The position numbers and the translations under genes were made by a program. The notes below the pieces were generated by a model. It saw only the letters and a program-made list of their open reading frames with translations, had not been told where the DNA came from and did not search any database. Below are positions 52,098 to 52,311 of a stretch of DNA of 52,311 nt, piece by piece (position 1 is the stretch's first letter; every line of letters starts with the position of its first letter). This DNA is from Acutalibacteraceae bacterium (GTDB lineage Bacteria; Bacillota; Clostridia; Oscillospirales; Acutalibacteraceae), in contig JAZRZU010000071.1 of NCBI GenBank assembly GCA_045601465.1, forward strand, positions 1 through 52,311. Direction: 5' to 3'.

Positions 52098-52311
52098 GTC
52101 ATGTTGGAGCGAAATGTGGTTATTTTCAAAAGTAGTATGCTAGTAGTACAAATGGCATAAACCCGTTGCAAAGGGTGGTAAGCAAAAGCATAGCTTGGTA
52201 TGCCGCTGCTGGGTCAAATCTTGCCGTGGCAGATAAAAAGAATTTTGTACATAAAATGCCCTCGCTTTCGTGAGCGTATGATAGCACAAAAGAAGTCGGA
52301 TCGTAGCCATG

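Larger units (their letters stand above)
50040..52311. mobile_element. End of a putative sigK intervening (skin-like) element, extending beyond the right edge
   Basis: AT-richer DNA begins exactly where sigK homology stops. The cargo is XRE-type regulators and small ORFs. Confidence 0.55.

Noticed and set aside
1-52311. A search for tRNA, rRNA, CRISPR, integrase or transposase genes near the two accessory segments.
   Set aside because: I saw no cloverleaf-like or T-loop (GGTTCGAATCC-type) sequence, no rRNA and no recombinase motif. Absence judged by eye is not proof, so tRNAscan or cmsearch should confirm it.

Overview
This 52.3 kb window looks like chromosomal DNA from a GC-rich, spore-forming Firmicute (Clostridia-like). 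That reading rests on the spoIIAA-spoIIAB-sigF operon, spoIIR, a sigK fragment, Gram-positive RBSs and a T-box leader. Most of it is densely packed housekeeping sequence:
- alr, ldh, and a Cys T-box leader followed by cysE-cysS.
- pgsA, rimO, recX, recA.
- NrdR-controlled nrdG and nrdD, then a trxB-like gene.
- ispE, an Lrp-type regulator with an aminotransferase, an ACT/UPF0210 pair, comM/yifB, uppP, nagA.
- DnaD-like and DnaC/DnaI-like genes, a clostridial ferredoxin, rsmI, ribF.
- An ABC-2/GldG-like/DUF4340 operon, ydbS/ydbT-like genes, rpsO, pnp.

Two visibly AT-richer accessory segments interrupt this backbone.

1. An island of about 3 kb (about 34.86-37.83 kb) lies between yfcE and ribF. 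It carries one tightly packed minus-strand operon: XRE repressor, ImmA/IrrE metalloprotease, a 66 aa protein, a DUF4417-like protein, a Gly-rich basic 146 aa toxin-like protein and an acidic 124 aa immunity-like protein. There is no integrase and no phage or conjugation gene. Inverted hairpin repeats bracket the island. This is my best candidate for an uncharacterised conflict or defence module.

2. The 3' half of sigK (49653 to about 50030, minus strand) is cut off within the conserved NEILM region by AT-rich DNA that runs off the right edge. This fits a skin-like sigK intervening element.

Other points worth a second look:
- NrdD has a fused C-terminal CPNC redoxin domain and is followed by a TrxR homolog that lacks the HRRxxxR NADPH motif.
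- A 41 aa Q/N-repeat micro-ORF has a textbook sigma-G-type promoter.
- A PASTA protein kinase homolog has all catalytic motifs degenerate.
- RibF is fused to a HAD phosphatase domain.
- A three-gene operon encodes small unknown proteins, including a Cys/Pro/Gln-rich one.

All family assignments come from motif recognition by eye and need HMM or BLAST confirmation.
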